Source of the DNA: an uncultured delta proteobacterium | GTDB lineage: Bacteria > Desulfobacterota > Syntrophobacteria > Syntrophobacterales > Syntrophobacteraceae | DNA length: 64,000 bases | NCBI GenBank assembly: GCA_963808625.1 | Contig: CAWEHK010000028.1 | Span: forward strand, 1 to 64,000 | Direction: 5' to 3' | Shown here: positions 48,806-58,795 of the stretch, piece by piece | Position numbering within the stretch: the stretch's first letter is position 1 | Layout of the letters: every line of letters starts with the position of its first letter | Made by a program: the position numbers and the translations under genes | The notes under the pieces: model-generated | What the model was told of the DNA's origin: nothing | The model's input: the letters and a program-made list of their open reading frames with translations, nothing else | Database searches by the model: none

Positions 48806-50110
48806 ATGCTCGAAATAATCAAATATCCTTCCGCACAGGCAGAAATCAGACTCTCCCACATTGCGAGTCGGAAAATGGGAGCCGACCCGTCTCTGGAAGC
48901 GAAGGTTTCGGAGATTCTGGAAACGGTCAGGCGTGACGGAGATGCTGCCTTGGTGGAATATACCAGGCAATTTGACGCTCCCGATTTTGGCGCCGGACAG
49001 CTCACCGTCAGTCAGGATGAAATCGCCTCGCCTACGAGCAGGTTGATGCCGACTTTCGGTCCATCCTGCGGGCGGCCATTTCCAACATCGAGGACTTTTC
49101 ACCGCCATCAACTGCGGGCTTCCTACTTCATCACCAGCCCGGACGGGACCTTTCTGGGCCAGATGGTGAAGGCGGTTGCATCGGCGGGCCTTTATATTCC
49201 GGGAGGCAAGGGAGGAGAAACGCCCCTCATCTCTTCCGTACTCATGAATGGCATTCCGGCACGCCTCGCCGGGGTCGAAGACATCGCCCTCGTCACCCCG
49301 CCACGACGCAACGGTTCCGTCAATCCCTACCTGCTCGTGGCCGCCGCCGAAGTCGGCGTAACCAGGATTCATAAGATCGGCAGCGCCTGGGCCATTGCCG
49401 CACTGGCTTACGGGACGCCGTCCATCGCTCGAACCGACGTCATTGTCGGTCCCGGCAATATTTACGTCGCTCTCGCCAAGAAGCTGGTCGCAGGAGAGGT
49501 CGGCATCGATCTGCTGGCCGGTCCCAGTGAAATTCTGGTTATCGCCGACCAGGGCGCCAACCCGGATTACCTCGCGGCAGACCTCCTCAGTCAGGCGGAG
49601 CACGACGCCATGGCATCAGCCATCTTGGTGACGACGGAAAGCTCCGTAGCCAATAAAACGCGGCAGAGTCTCGGTCGGCAGGTGCAGCAACTGCCCCGTA
49701 GCCAGATCGCCAGGCAATCCCTTGACAACTACGGGGCCATTTTCCTGGTCGCGGACCTCGAGACCGCCATGGAACTCGCCAACCGGATTGCTCCGGAACA
49801 CCTCGAACTCCAGATCCTTGACCCCTGGCCCTGTCTGGGCAAGATCACCCACGCCGGAGCCATATTCCTTGGGGACTATACGCCGGAAGCCGTGGGTGAC
49901 TATTTCGCCGGGCCCAATCACGTTTTGCCTACCGCAGGCACGGCGCGCTTCGCCTCCGCCCTTGGTGTGGAAAATTTCCTCAAACGCACCAGCGTCATTG
50001 CCTACTCCCGCGCAGCCTTTGAAAAAGATGCGGCGGCCATCCTCCGCCTGGCGGAGCTCGAAGGCCTGGAAGCCCACGCGGCGTCGGTGCGGGTCAGGTT
50101 GAAAGCATAG
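48806..50110 (+). CDS. hisD: Histidinol dehydrogenase (compensating indel pair at about 49030-49095)
   Basis: Motifs GLYIPGG, GPGNIYV, AGPSE, SQAEHD, APEHL and AGPNHVLPT. Confidence 0.95.
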   Translation: MLEIIKYPSAQAEIRLSHIASRKMGADPSLEAKVSEILETVRRDGDAALVEYTRQFDAPDFGAGQLTVSQDEIASPTSRLMPTFGPSCGRPFPTSRTFHRHQLRASYFITSPDGTFLGQMVKAVASAGLYIPGGKGGETPLISSVLMNGIPARLAGVEDIALVTPPRRNGSVNPYLLVAAAEVGVTRIHKIGSAWAIAALAYGTPSIARTDVIVGPGNIYVALAKKLVAGEVGIDLLAGPSEILVIADQGANPDYLAADLLSQAEHDAMASAILVTTESSVANKTRQSLGRQVQQLPRSQIARQSLDNYGAIFLVADLETAMELANRIAPEHLELQILDPWPCLGKITHAGAIFLGDYTPEAVGDYFAGPNHVLPTAGTARFASALGVENFLKRTSVIAYSRAAFEKDAAAILRLAELEGLEAHAASVRVRLKA

Positions 50111-50173
50111 TGATGGGTGATGAGTGATGAGTGCTGAGTGCTGGGTGCTGGGTAATGAGTGATGAGTGCTGAG
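50109..50173. repeat. Heptamer tandem array (GTGATGA/GTGCTGA)
   Basis: Fills the gap between the convergent hisD and cutA stops. Confidence 0.85.
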
Positions 50174-50506
50174 TTATTGTGTGGTGGTATCCTGAGTATT
50201 ATCAAGCACCCAATTTAAATACTCAGGGAGCCCGGCGGACAAAGGAAAGGTTACTATTTCCGGCACTTCGTAGCTGTGGAGCTCGCGAATACGGTCTTGG
50301 AGGAGAGGAAAGAGCTCGCTGCGGGTTTTCATAATGAGCAGATGTTCTTCCTCATCGCATATCTCCCCTTTCCAGCGATAGATGGAACGAATGCGAGGGA
50401 TGATCTGAACACAGGCAGCCAGTTTCTCCTCAACGATGGTGCGGGCGATGGTTAGAGCTTCATCACCATTGCCGGCGGTAACCAAAACAACCGAAATGTC
50501 GCTCAT
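50174..50506 (-). CDS. cutA: Divalent-cation tolerance protein CutA
   Basis: Motifs LAACVQI, SIYRWKG and HSYEVPEI. Confidence 0.93.
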   Translation of the reverse strand: MSDISVVLVTAGNGDEALTIARTIVEEKLAACVQIIPRIRSIYRWKGEICDEEEHLLIMKTRSELFPLLQDRIRELHSYEVPEIVTFPLSAGLPEYLNWVLDNTQDTTTQ

Positions 50507-50544
50507 GGGACCTCTTTTCCTTTGAGTTTTTAAGAGAGCAAACC

Positions 50545-52336
50545 ATGCCGGACGGTTCACCCCGTAATGAGCCGTATAACAGCCTGCCATCGAGCTTCTT
50601 TGCCTGCCTCATCAGGGACATTCCCGTAGACACCTGGCTCCAGCTCCTCAAAAGCGATTCTGCGTTCAGGGCGGCCATTTTGGAAGGCTTTAACGCTCCT
50701 GCCAACAAGCTGGGCCGCCTCCTGCGGCAGCCTCACATCGTCAAGCGCCTGGAGCGTTTCATCCGGTCTGACCAGGCCATTCTCGAGGAGATCCTGCTGC
50801 TATGGGGACAGGAGCAACTGGCCACCATGGCCTTTCTGGAAATGCTCGACCAAAGCTTTATACTCCAGAATTGGCAGGGTCTGAAGAACTTCATCGGTCC
50901 CGAACGCTTTTTTGCGGGGCTCCATCTCCTTGGTTGTCTCGGCGAGAAGGATTTTCAGGAGTTGCTCGGGGAAGACTTCTGGAAACGCCGGACCCAGATG
51001 GAAGATCTCGAACCCCTTGCGCCCCTTTGGCTGGTTTGGAGTGGTTTTGTGAAGGAGTTTCCCGAGGCGGCGAACTGGTTCGAAAACGAAACCTCGGTCG
51101 CCCAAGAACCGCCGGACGCGGTTCGAGACGAGCCCAGCCGGGTGCTCCGCAACGAACTGCACCGCCTCGAGGAACGCTGCTCGAAGGTGCAACAGAAGCT
51201 TGACCGGGCGGAAGAGGAAAAGTCCCAACTGCAGCGGGACGTCACCCGATATCGCAAGGAACATGAAGAGCTTCGAAAGCAGATAGCCGAATCCGAAAAC
51301 GCCTGTGGCAAACGCCTGCAAGAAGCGATGGCACAGGCCCGCGCCGAGTGGTTTCAGCGCTATCAGGCCATCCCCGGAGCGCCTCTCGATGATGCCAACG
51401 GGCTCCTCGATTCGCTCCTGGCGCGAACCCAACGGGCGTTCGAACGACAACGGCAAGCCGACGAAGAATACGGCCTGGTTGCTGCGGTCCGTCAAAAATT
51501 GCTGCATGTCGAACTGTACCTCAGGGAAATCGAGCGCATCTATGCGGATTCGCTGGTGGTTCACAGCGAAGTGACAAAAGCGAAAGAAGCGCTGCTCGAG
51601 GCCAGGAAGAAACTGCTCGGGCTCCCGGGCATCCAGAAAGTCCTGAACTCAGGAACCGGCGTTGCTTTCACCGGTCGATATGCGCCGGCAAATTCGGCTG
51701 CTGGATGTTGTTCCGGAGAATCTGCCGAGGATCACCGAATTCCAAAGGTTGGTCACCCGTTTGGTTGACCTCGGATTTATCGAAGATCCACAATCCATTA
51801 TGGAAGACATCGAGCACAAAAAACGTCAAATCATGGAAAGTCTCTATGCTGAACATCTAGCTTTACAGCAAGATAAATCTCAAGGCCGTCATTTTCAGAA
51901 CCTCGATGATTTTCTGGAAAGCGGCGAAAGCAAGAAATATGACCTATACCTCGACGGGTACAATATTCTTTTTAAATTACAGGGCAAGGGTCGCTCTTCG
52001 TCGGTCCTCTCGCTGACCGCTCTCAGAGAGTCGTTCATTGACGCCGTGGTTAGGAAGGATCGTTATTTTCGCAAAGTATATCTGGTCTTCGACGGTCACG
52101 AGGATTCCCGGGACCGGCGAGGCAACACGGAAATCATTTACACCGATAAGAACCTCGGCCATACTGCCGATGCGTATATCATTCAGGCGCTCGCAAAGGG
52201 CAAAGAGCGACAGGTGCTGCTGGTAACAGGAGACCAGGAGATCATTCAAACCATCGGAGATCGACTCTACGCTGTGGTTGATCCGTACCATTTTTATCTG
52301 TTTGTCTATGATTTGCCGTTTCCGGGCCTACCCTGA
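50545..52336 (+). CDS. Coiled-coil protein with C-terminal YacP-like NYN nuclease domain (frameshift near 51650)
   Basis: Heptad-rich middle region, then LDGYNIL, VFDG, TADAYI and LVTGD. The two overlapping ORFs are probably one gene. Confidence 0.7.
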
Positions 52337-52363
52337 GGCTAACCGTCAATCCGGGATTTCGAT

Positions 52364-53035
52364 ATGAATTTGGACCATGTCAGTGAATACCATCGGGACC
52401 AGTGGCATAGCTTCAAAGCCATCGAGAAAGCCTGTGTCGGCCTATCCGAGGCGGAACTGGAAAAGCTGAGGGAAAGCCTGGAGTCCTATCTTCATTTCCG
52501 TGAGATTCTTCATTCCTATCAGGAGCAATATTTCGGCAGTTTTTGCCGGGCGACCTGTTTTGATAGCGGGTTGAGTGCCTGCTGCGGCTTTGAAAGCATC
52601 TTCACGTTCTTTGCGGATCAGATTATCACTTATTTGCTGGCAACTCCGGAGGAGCATAACGCGCTTCTGCGCCGGCTCGAACAGCCGAACAAGACGGAAA
52701 GGTGCGTGTATCTCGGTGAGCGAGGGTGCCTCTGGAGGGTCAGTCCCATCTCCTGTGCCATGTTCTTTTGCGAACAGGCGAAGGAGACTGTTTTCAGCGT
52801 GAACCGCCCTGCTCAGGCTGCCTGGGAAGAACTCCAAATTCAGGAAAAGGCCTACACCTACCCCACTCAGCCAGTCCTTTTTGACGACCTCGAGAGGTAC
52901 TTTATCGACCTCGGCGCCGATTCCCCCTACATGTACTTTCACAAAAGCCCCGGGTTGCTGCGGGTAAAGGCTCAGTCGGGCCTTGGGAAGTCGGTTGGAG
53001 GTTCGCAGACCGCTAAGTACAGCACAGCAGAATGA
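52364..53035 (+). CDS. Hypothetical Cys-cluster protein (YkgJ/CxxCxxCC-like)
   Basis: Motifs CRATC...SACC and CVYLGERGC...PISC...FC. Confidence 0.6.
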   Translation: MNLDHVSEYHRDQWHSFKAIEKACVGLSEAELEKLRESLESYLHFREILHSYQEQYFGSFCRATCFDSGLSACCGFESIFTFFADQIITYLLATPEEHNALLRRLEQPNKTERCVYLGERGCLWRVSPISCAMFFCEQAKETVFSVNRPAQAAWEELQIQEKAYTYPTQPVLFDDLERYFIDLGADSPYMYFHKSPGLLRVKAQSGLGKSVGGSQTAKYSTAE

Positions 53036-53172
53036 GCGGCCCGTAATCTCAGGACGTCATTCCCGCATGTTCTTAGCGGGAATCCAGAGAATTGCAGTAG
53101 CCTGGATTCCCGCCAGAAGCACGCGGGAATGACGAACCCGAATTCGGACACTCATTCATGCGGAGCTATACT
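53015..53172. repeat. MITE/REP-like element (best copy of the CGTCATTCCCGC family)
   Basis: CGTCATTCCCGC...GCGGGAATCCAG...CTGGATTCCCGC...GCGGGAATGACG (53055-53134) with imperfect outer arms. Further copies lie at 57953-58032 and about 61448-61478. Confidence 0.85.
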
Positions 53173-53211
53173 AAGTAATCTTCATCCACCATCATTCAAA
53201 AGGGACGTCAA

Positions 53212-54874
53212 ATGCCGGCACCATCTTTGATGCAGAGAATCTATGAGGGAACCTTAGCCAAGGACCTGCTTGATTCCTTCGCACCCATTCCGCGACCCGC
53301 AGAAGGTCGACCGTGTCGTGGAAGCTTACCGGCAACTCCTCCGGAAGTTCCCGCCGGAGACCCTCGAAGCGCTGGGGCGGCTCCCGCAGGAAATGCTCCA
53401 GGAAATGGCGGGGATCGGCTTGTTTGGACTCTCGATTCCCGCTGCCTACGGGGGGCTGGGCTTCAACACCCTGGAAACCATGAGGGTCGTCGAAGGGATG
53501 GTGGGGTTGGACATGGCTGCGGCCCTCGCTGCTCTCGCGCATCTGTTCATCGGGGTAAAAGGCATCGAGCTCTTTGGCGATGACGCGCAGAAACAGAAGT
53601 ATCTTCCCGCGCCGCATCCGGAGAGCTGATCTTTTCCTACGCCCTGACCGAACCCAGAATCGGTTCCGACGCTCAGCACATCGAAACCAAAGCGGAACTG
53701 TCACAAGACGGCAGCCATTACCTCCTGAACGGACAGAAAACCTACATCACCAACGCCAATTACGCGGGGGCGCTCACCGTCTTTGCCCGGATGGACCCGG
53801 CTCGACCGGGCTTCCTGGGCGCCTTCATTGTCGAAACGGGATGGGCCGGCGTAAAGATCGGGAAAGACATGCCGAAGATGGGCCTCAAAGCGAGCTCTAC
53901 TGCCGCGATTCAGTTCCGGGAGGTGAGGGTCCCCGTTGAGAATCTCCTGGGGGTGCCGGGCGACGGCTTCAAGATCGCCATGACCGTCCTCAATTACGGC
54001 AGGCTTGCTCTCGGCGCGGCATCGCTGGCCATGATGCGCCAATCCCTGGAGGATATGCGCAAACGGTCGTCCTCACGGGTCCAGTTTGGACTGCCCATCA
54101 AGGACTTTCCGTTGATTCAGGAAAAGCTGGCGAAAGACTCAATGCAACGCGTTCGTTTGTGCGGCCGTTAATGATTTCACCGCCACCCTTCTGCAGCAGC
54201 AACCCGAAAGGCAACCTCGCCATCGAAACGTCCCACTGCAAGCTTTTTGGGACCACCCGCGCCTGGGAGACCCTCTACGACGCCTTCCAGGTTGCCGGGG
54301 GCTCGGGGTATATCGCCACCAATCCTTACGAAAAACGCCTGCGGGACTTTCGCGTCGCCACCGTATTCGAGGGTACCACCGAAATCCACTCGATCTACCC
54401 CGCCCTTTCGGCACTGCGGAGTTTAGACAAGCAGGTTAAGGAGTTGGCCGAAAAGAAATCTTCCCGCCTCCGCTTTTTTTTAGCCAATTGGTTCCGCAGG
54501 GTTGAGTGGCCGCTGGAATTCAAAGACCGGACGCTGCAACGGGCATCAAGACTTGCCCGAAGCGAACGCCAACACGATCAGGAGGATGCTGCTGCTGGGA
54601 TTGATTATTTATCGGAGGAAAGCGCCGGAGAAACAATTCCTCCTGCGTCGCATCACGACCCTGAGCCTTTATCTTTTCGCACTTCTCGCCGTCCTGGCCA
54701 GGCTCGAGCATAAAGAAAAGAGCGGCTTGCTCAACAAAGAAGAACTGGCTCTGCTTCACTATTTTATGGAAGAAGCCAGGGAAGCAAGGAAGACACAACC
54801 GAAGATTTTTCGATTCCAGGAAGGAGCGTTTGACCGCCGTCCTGGCGCAGGCCCTGTTTCACAAAGATCGTTGA
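53212..54874 (+). CDS. Acyl-CoA dehydrogenase family protein (several frameshifts)
   Basis: Motifs GLSIPAAYGGLG, YALTEP..GSDA, KMGLKAS, LNYGRL, GGSGY and RDFRVATVFEGTTEI. Confidence 0.88.
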
Positions 54875-54954
54875 TAGTTGATGGTTGATGGTTGAGTATG
54901 GCTTGACTGCTGCTGTCGCACAGGCCCTGTTTCCTTGACGATATTGAGCCATTG

Positions 54955-55173
54955 TCAATCATCGAGAGGACGCAGGCAATCCTGTGGGAAGCGGTGAGTG
55001 CCCTTCTCATCCAGGCTGACCTCGATGAGCGCTTCCGGGTCGTTCTTGGAGACATCCGGATCGGTGATGATCCCGTGCATGCCGATGTATTTGTTCATAT
55101 ACTCCTGCCAGCTTTCATCATCCGATTGCCGGTAAATCTCTATCTTTTGCCCTCTGCGAAATGCCATTTCCAT
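54955..55173 (-). CDS. Small hypothetical protein
   Basis: 72-aa ORF with a GGAGG RBS and protein-like composition. Confidence 0.6.
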   Translation of the reverse strand: MEMAFRRGQKIEIYRQSDDESWQEYMNKYIGMHGIITDPDVSKNDPEALIEVSLDEKGTHRFPQDCLRPLDD

Positions 55174-55184
55174 CCCTCCGGGCA

Positions 55185-55420
55185 GTGATCAGTGGTTAGT
55201 GGTCAGCAGTCAGTGGTCAGTGATCAGTGGTGCTCGACCGGCAGAGATATGGAAAGATCAGTGGAAGGCGACTTAGGAGTCTGCCCTAAAGTTCCCATCT
55301 TCCTTACAGGATCTGCACTTCAGCGCTTCCTTATCGCTCGTCCCTCTTCTCTGCGTCCCTTACGTCACTTACGTCCCTGCGTCCCTTTCGTCCCCTTACG
55401 TCCCTTACGTCCCGCCTGCG
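55185..55420. repeat. Tandem arrays: heptamer CAGTGGT (55185-55231) and nonamer CGTCCCTTA (about 55352-55420)
   Basis: Read directly from the sequence. Confidence 0.8.
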
Positions 55421-55425
55421 TCTCC

Positions 55426-57614
55426 CTATGCCCCGCATCCCCATGTCTCCGCTAACCAGGCGGCAGGTTTTCCGCGCGGCGGGCTGCCATACTCTGCCTG
55501 GCGCACGCTGGCACACAGGGTCTGGTCCACCGGAAACAGGTCGGCCTGGTTCAGGCGCTGAGAGATAAAATCGAGATACCTGGTGGTTCCGATCGCCGCA
55601 CCACATTGCTCACAGCGCTGAAGATCGAGTCGGTTCAAGGTGGTGCCACACAAGGAAAGGACTCTCTCACCCTCCTCGTCACCCATCGTCATGGCCTCAT
55701 TCGGGCAGTTGGCCGCACAGGCGCCACAGGCGATACATTTTTCCGCGGTGAACCGGAGGTCGCTGGCGCCGGGATGGTCGAAATTCAGGTAACCCAGTTG
55801 CAGGGCATTCACCCCCATCTGGTCCCGGCAAACTTCCACGCAATGGCCGCAGCGGCCGCAGATGTCGCATCTGAGGCACCTTCGGGCTTCTTCCCGCACC
55901 GCATTTTCTGAGTAACCGAGTTCCACCTGCTGAAAGGTGATACGCCTCCGGTCCGTGTTGAGCAGAGGCATCTCAGGCCGTTTGAGGATCATTTTGGTAG
56001 AGGCGGGAACCTCGAAACATTCCAGCCGGCCTCGCCGCACCGGGACCGGCGGCATTTCCGGCTGCGGAATACCCTGCAGGGTGCGGTCGATGGCCGCAGC
56101 GGCTCGCTTCCCTGCCCCGATCGCTTCGACGACGGTCGCGGGTCCCGAAACCGCGTCACCGGCGGCAAACACGCCGGGAATCGAAGTCAGCATGGTAATC
56201 CCGCTGGCCACGATCGTCTGCCGTTTGGACCATTTCAGGTCTTCGAAGGGCGCCAGGCTGTCGGTCTCAACCGTCTGGCCAATCGCCGGAATCACGGCGT
56301 CCACTCCGATGACATGATCACTGCCTTCCACCGGCACCGGCCGTCTTCGGCCCCGCTCATCAGGCGGTCCCAGTTCGGCCCGGAGGCAGAGCAGACCGGT
56401 TACTTTGCCGTCGACGCCCTGGACCGCTTTGGGCACCGTAAGGAAACACAACTTCACACCCTCTTCTTCCGCCTGGTGGATTTCTTCCACATGCGCCGGC
56501 ATTTCCGAACGGGACCTGCGGTAGACCAGCGTAACCTCCTCACACCCGAGCCGAATGCAGGTGCGAGCCGCATCGATGGCCACATTCCCGCCGCCGACAA
56601 TGGCCACTCGCTTTCCGGGAGACCGCCGGTCGCCAAGAGCCACCCGGCGCAGCAGGCCAACCGCATTGATCACCTGAGGGAAATCGTCCTCGCCCGGAAT
56701 CATCAGCTTGTAGCTGCCGTGAGCCCCGATCGTTGCCAGGAAGGCCTCGAATCCTTCCTCCCTCAGCTGCGCGATGGTGACATCAGCACCCAGGCGGGTA
56801 TTGAGCCGGATCTCCACGCCCAGATCGGTGATCATCTCCACTTCCCGGTCGATGACTTCCCGCGGCAGGCGATACCGGGGAATCCCCACCATCATCATCC
56901 CTCCTGCCACGGGGAGCGCTTCGATGATGGTCACCCGATACCCCTTCAGTGCCAGAAAGTAGGCTGCGGTCAGCCCTGCCGGACCGGCCCCGATGATCGC
57001 ATACCTTGCGGCCGTTGTCGGGAGCCTTTGCCGGGTTGCGATAAGTCCCCTCGGACATGGCCCGCTCGGCCGCGAAACCTTTGAGATATTTGATCGAGAT
57101 CGACTCGTCCAGCCGTCCCCGGACGCACATGAGTTCACAGGGATTGGTGCACACCAGGCCGCACACCCACGGGAAAGGGTTGTCCTGCCGAATCAGCTCA
57201 ATGGCCTCAGCGTCCCTTCCCATGCCGATCAAAGTCACATAACTCGGCACATCGATCCCCGCGGGACACGCCATCTGGCAAGGAGCCGGAGCCAGTTTGA
57301 CACAATCGCCGGAGGGACAGATCCGCGTCTCGATGTGACTGGTGAAAACCTCCCGGTGTTGCTGCAGTAACTGCAACATCCTTTGCCCGGTTTCCACACA
57401 AGCGCTGCTTGCACCGATCCTCGATGAGCTCACCGGCAAGGGCCTGCATCGCCTCGTAGTGGTCGGGTCCGCCCCGGCCCCAGGACACATCCTGAAGGAG
57501 TTCGAGAAGCTCTTCGGCCAGGCGCCGGCAGCGAGGCACGGTGAGCTCTCCCGAGGCGATAATCTCCGCCAGCTCCTTGACGGCGCCGGCAACTTCACAG
57601 GGTGGAGTCGTCAT
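55426..57614 (-). CDS. GltD/SfrB/NfnB-like NAD(P)H-binding Fe-S flavoprotein with C-terminal ferredoxin domain (frameshifted; true stop may be 55452)
   Basis: Motifs PCQMACPAG, CGLVCTNPCE, IIGAGPAG, GGGNVAID, VYRRS, FAAGD, CLRCDICGRCGHC and CIACGACAANCP. Confidence 0.85.
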
Positions 57615-57633
57615 TGGCTTTTACCTGAAAAAT

Positions 57634-57725
57634 AGTAATGAGTGATGAGTGATGAGTGATGAGTGACGAGTGATGAGTGATGAGTGACTGAGTGTTGGAT
57701 ATTGCGTGCTGAGTCCTGAGTGCTC
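57634..57725. repeat. Heptamer tandem array (GAGTGAT)
   Basis: Immediately upstream of the flavoprotein start. Confidence 0.85.
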
Positions 57726-58062
57726 GTGGAGAGCCTCCAATATAACAGGGCTCATGTTCATCATTCGAGGGTACAACTCCAGCATGGCAATTGCCTTCAA
57801 AATTCATGGTCATCCAGGTTATGGCTGAGTCATCCACAGGAGTCTTGCGAGTTCCACCATTATGAGCCCTTGGGACCCTCTCAGAGGGTTTCTAAAAAGC
57901 CTCAGCATATGCCTTCTTAATGATTGCGGTGAAAAATCCAAAAGTCCGGAATCGTCATTCCCGCATGGTCTTGGCAGGAATCCATGTACTGTTTGTTCCC
58001 TCGACCCCCGCCAGAAACATGCGGGGGTGACGACCTGAGGAGCTTTTGAGACGCGGTCCTAT

Positions 58063-58563
58063 TCAAAGGTGGCCATCGCTTTCAGCATATCGTTCTCGCT
58101 TTACGGGCGGCACTTCTTCCGGCTTGCCGAAATGCAGACAGTGAGTGGTGCAGACGGTTGCGCACGCAGGTTTCAGTCCGCCGTCCACACGGTCTTTGCA
58201 ATAATCACACTTGACCACTTTGCCGGTCTCCGCGTGCCACTGCGGCGCCCCCCAGGGGCAGGCGGACATGCAGCTCTTGCACCCGACGCAGAGGCTCTTT
58301 TCGACAAAGACGATGCCGTCCTTTTCCCTCTTCTGCATGGCCCCGGTGGGGCAGGCAGCCACGCACCAGGGGTTCTCACAGTGGAAGCAGGGCATGAAGG
58401 TATAGGCTGCTCGCGGTAAATCACCCACCAATTTCGGTCCGACGGTGATGATCTGGCACAGCCTGGGGCCAACCGGGAGTCCTTTGTTACTCTTGCAGGC
58501 CACTTCACACGAATGACACCCGATGCACTTCCGAGCATCCTGGAACAGGTAGTATACGCTCAT
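58063..58563 (-). CDS. 4x[4Fe-4S] electron-transfer subunit (PsrB/PhsB/DmsB-like)
   Basis: Motifs CIGCHSCEVAC, CFHCENPWCVAACP, CVGCKSCMSACP and KCDYC...PACATVC. Confidence 0.92.
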   Translation of the reverse strand: MSVYYLFQDARKCIGCHSCEVACKSNKGLPVGPRLCQIITVGPKLVGDLPRAAYTFMPCFHCENPWCVAACPTGAMQKREKDGIVFVEKSLCVGCKSCMSACPWGAPQWHAETGKVVKCDYCKDRVDGGLKPACATVCTTHCLHFGKPEEVPPVKRERYAESDGHL

Positions 58564-58675
58564 CTTCCATTCTCCCAAAACCACCGAATTTTCATGCCAA
58601 CAACGCCATTAGGCATGAAAACAAAAACCGAAAAGATCAACGGTGTCTCGCCTTCTGACCTCTCACCGCTGGCAT

Positions 58676-58795
58676 GTTACTCATCACTCATTACTCACTA
58701 CCCACCACTCACCACTCGTTACTCATCACTTAGCACTCATTACTCATCACTTAGCACTCATCACTCATCACTCATCACTCATTACTCATCACTCA
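58676..58795. repeat. Heptamer tandem array (ACTCATC)
   Basis: Overlaps the molybdoenzyme stop codon and is the reverse complement of the 57634 array. Confidence 0.9.

Noticed and set aside
58585..58621. Internal sigma54 promoter before the 4Fe-4S gene
   Set aside because: TTGGCATGAAAATTCG lacks the -12 GC. It is one arm of a TTTTCATGCC/GGCATGAAAA hairpin.
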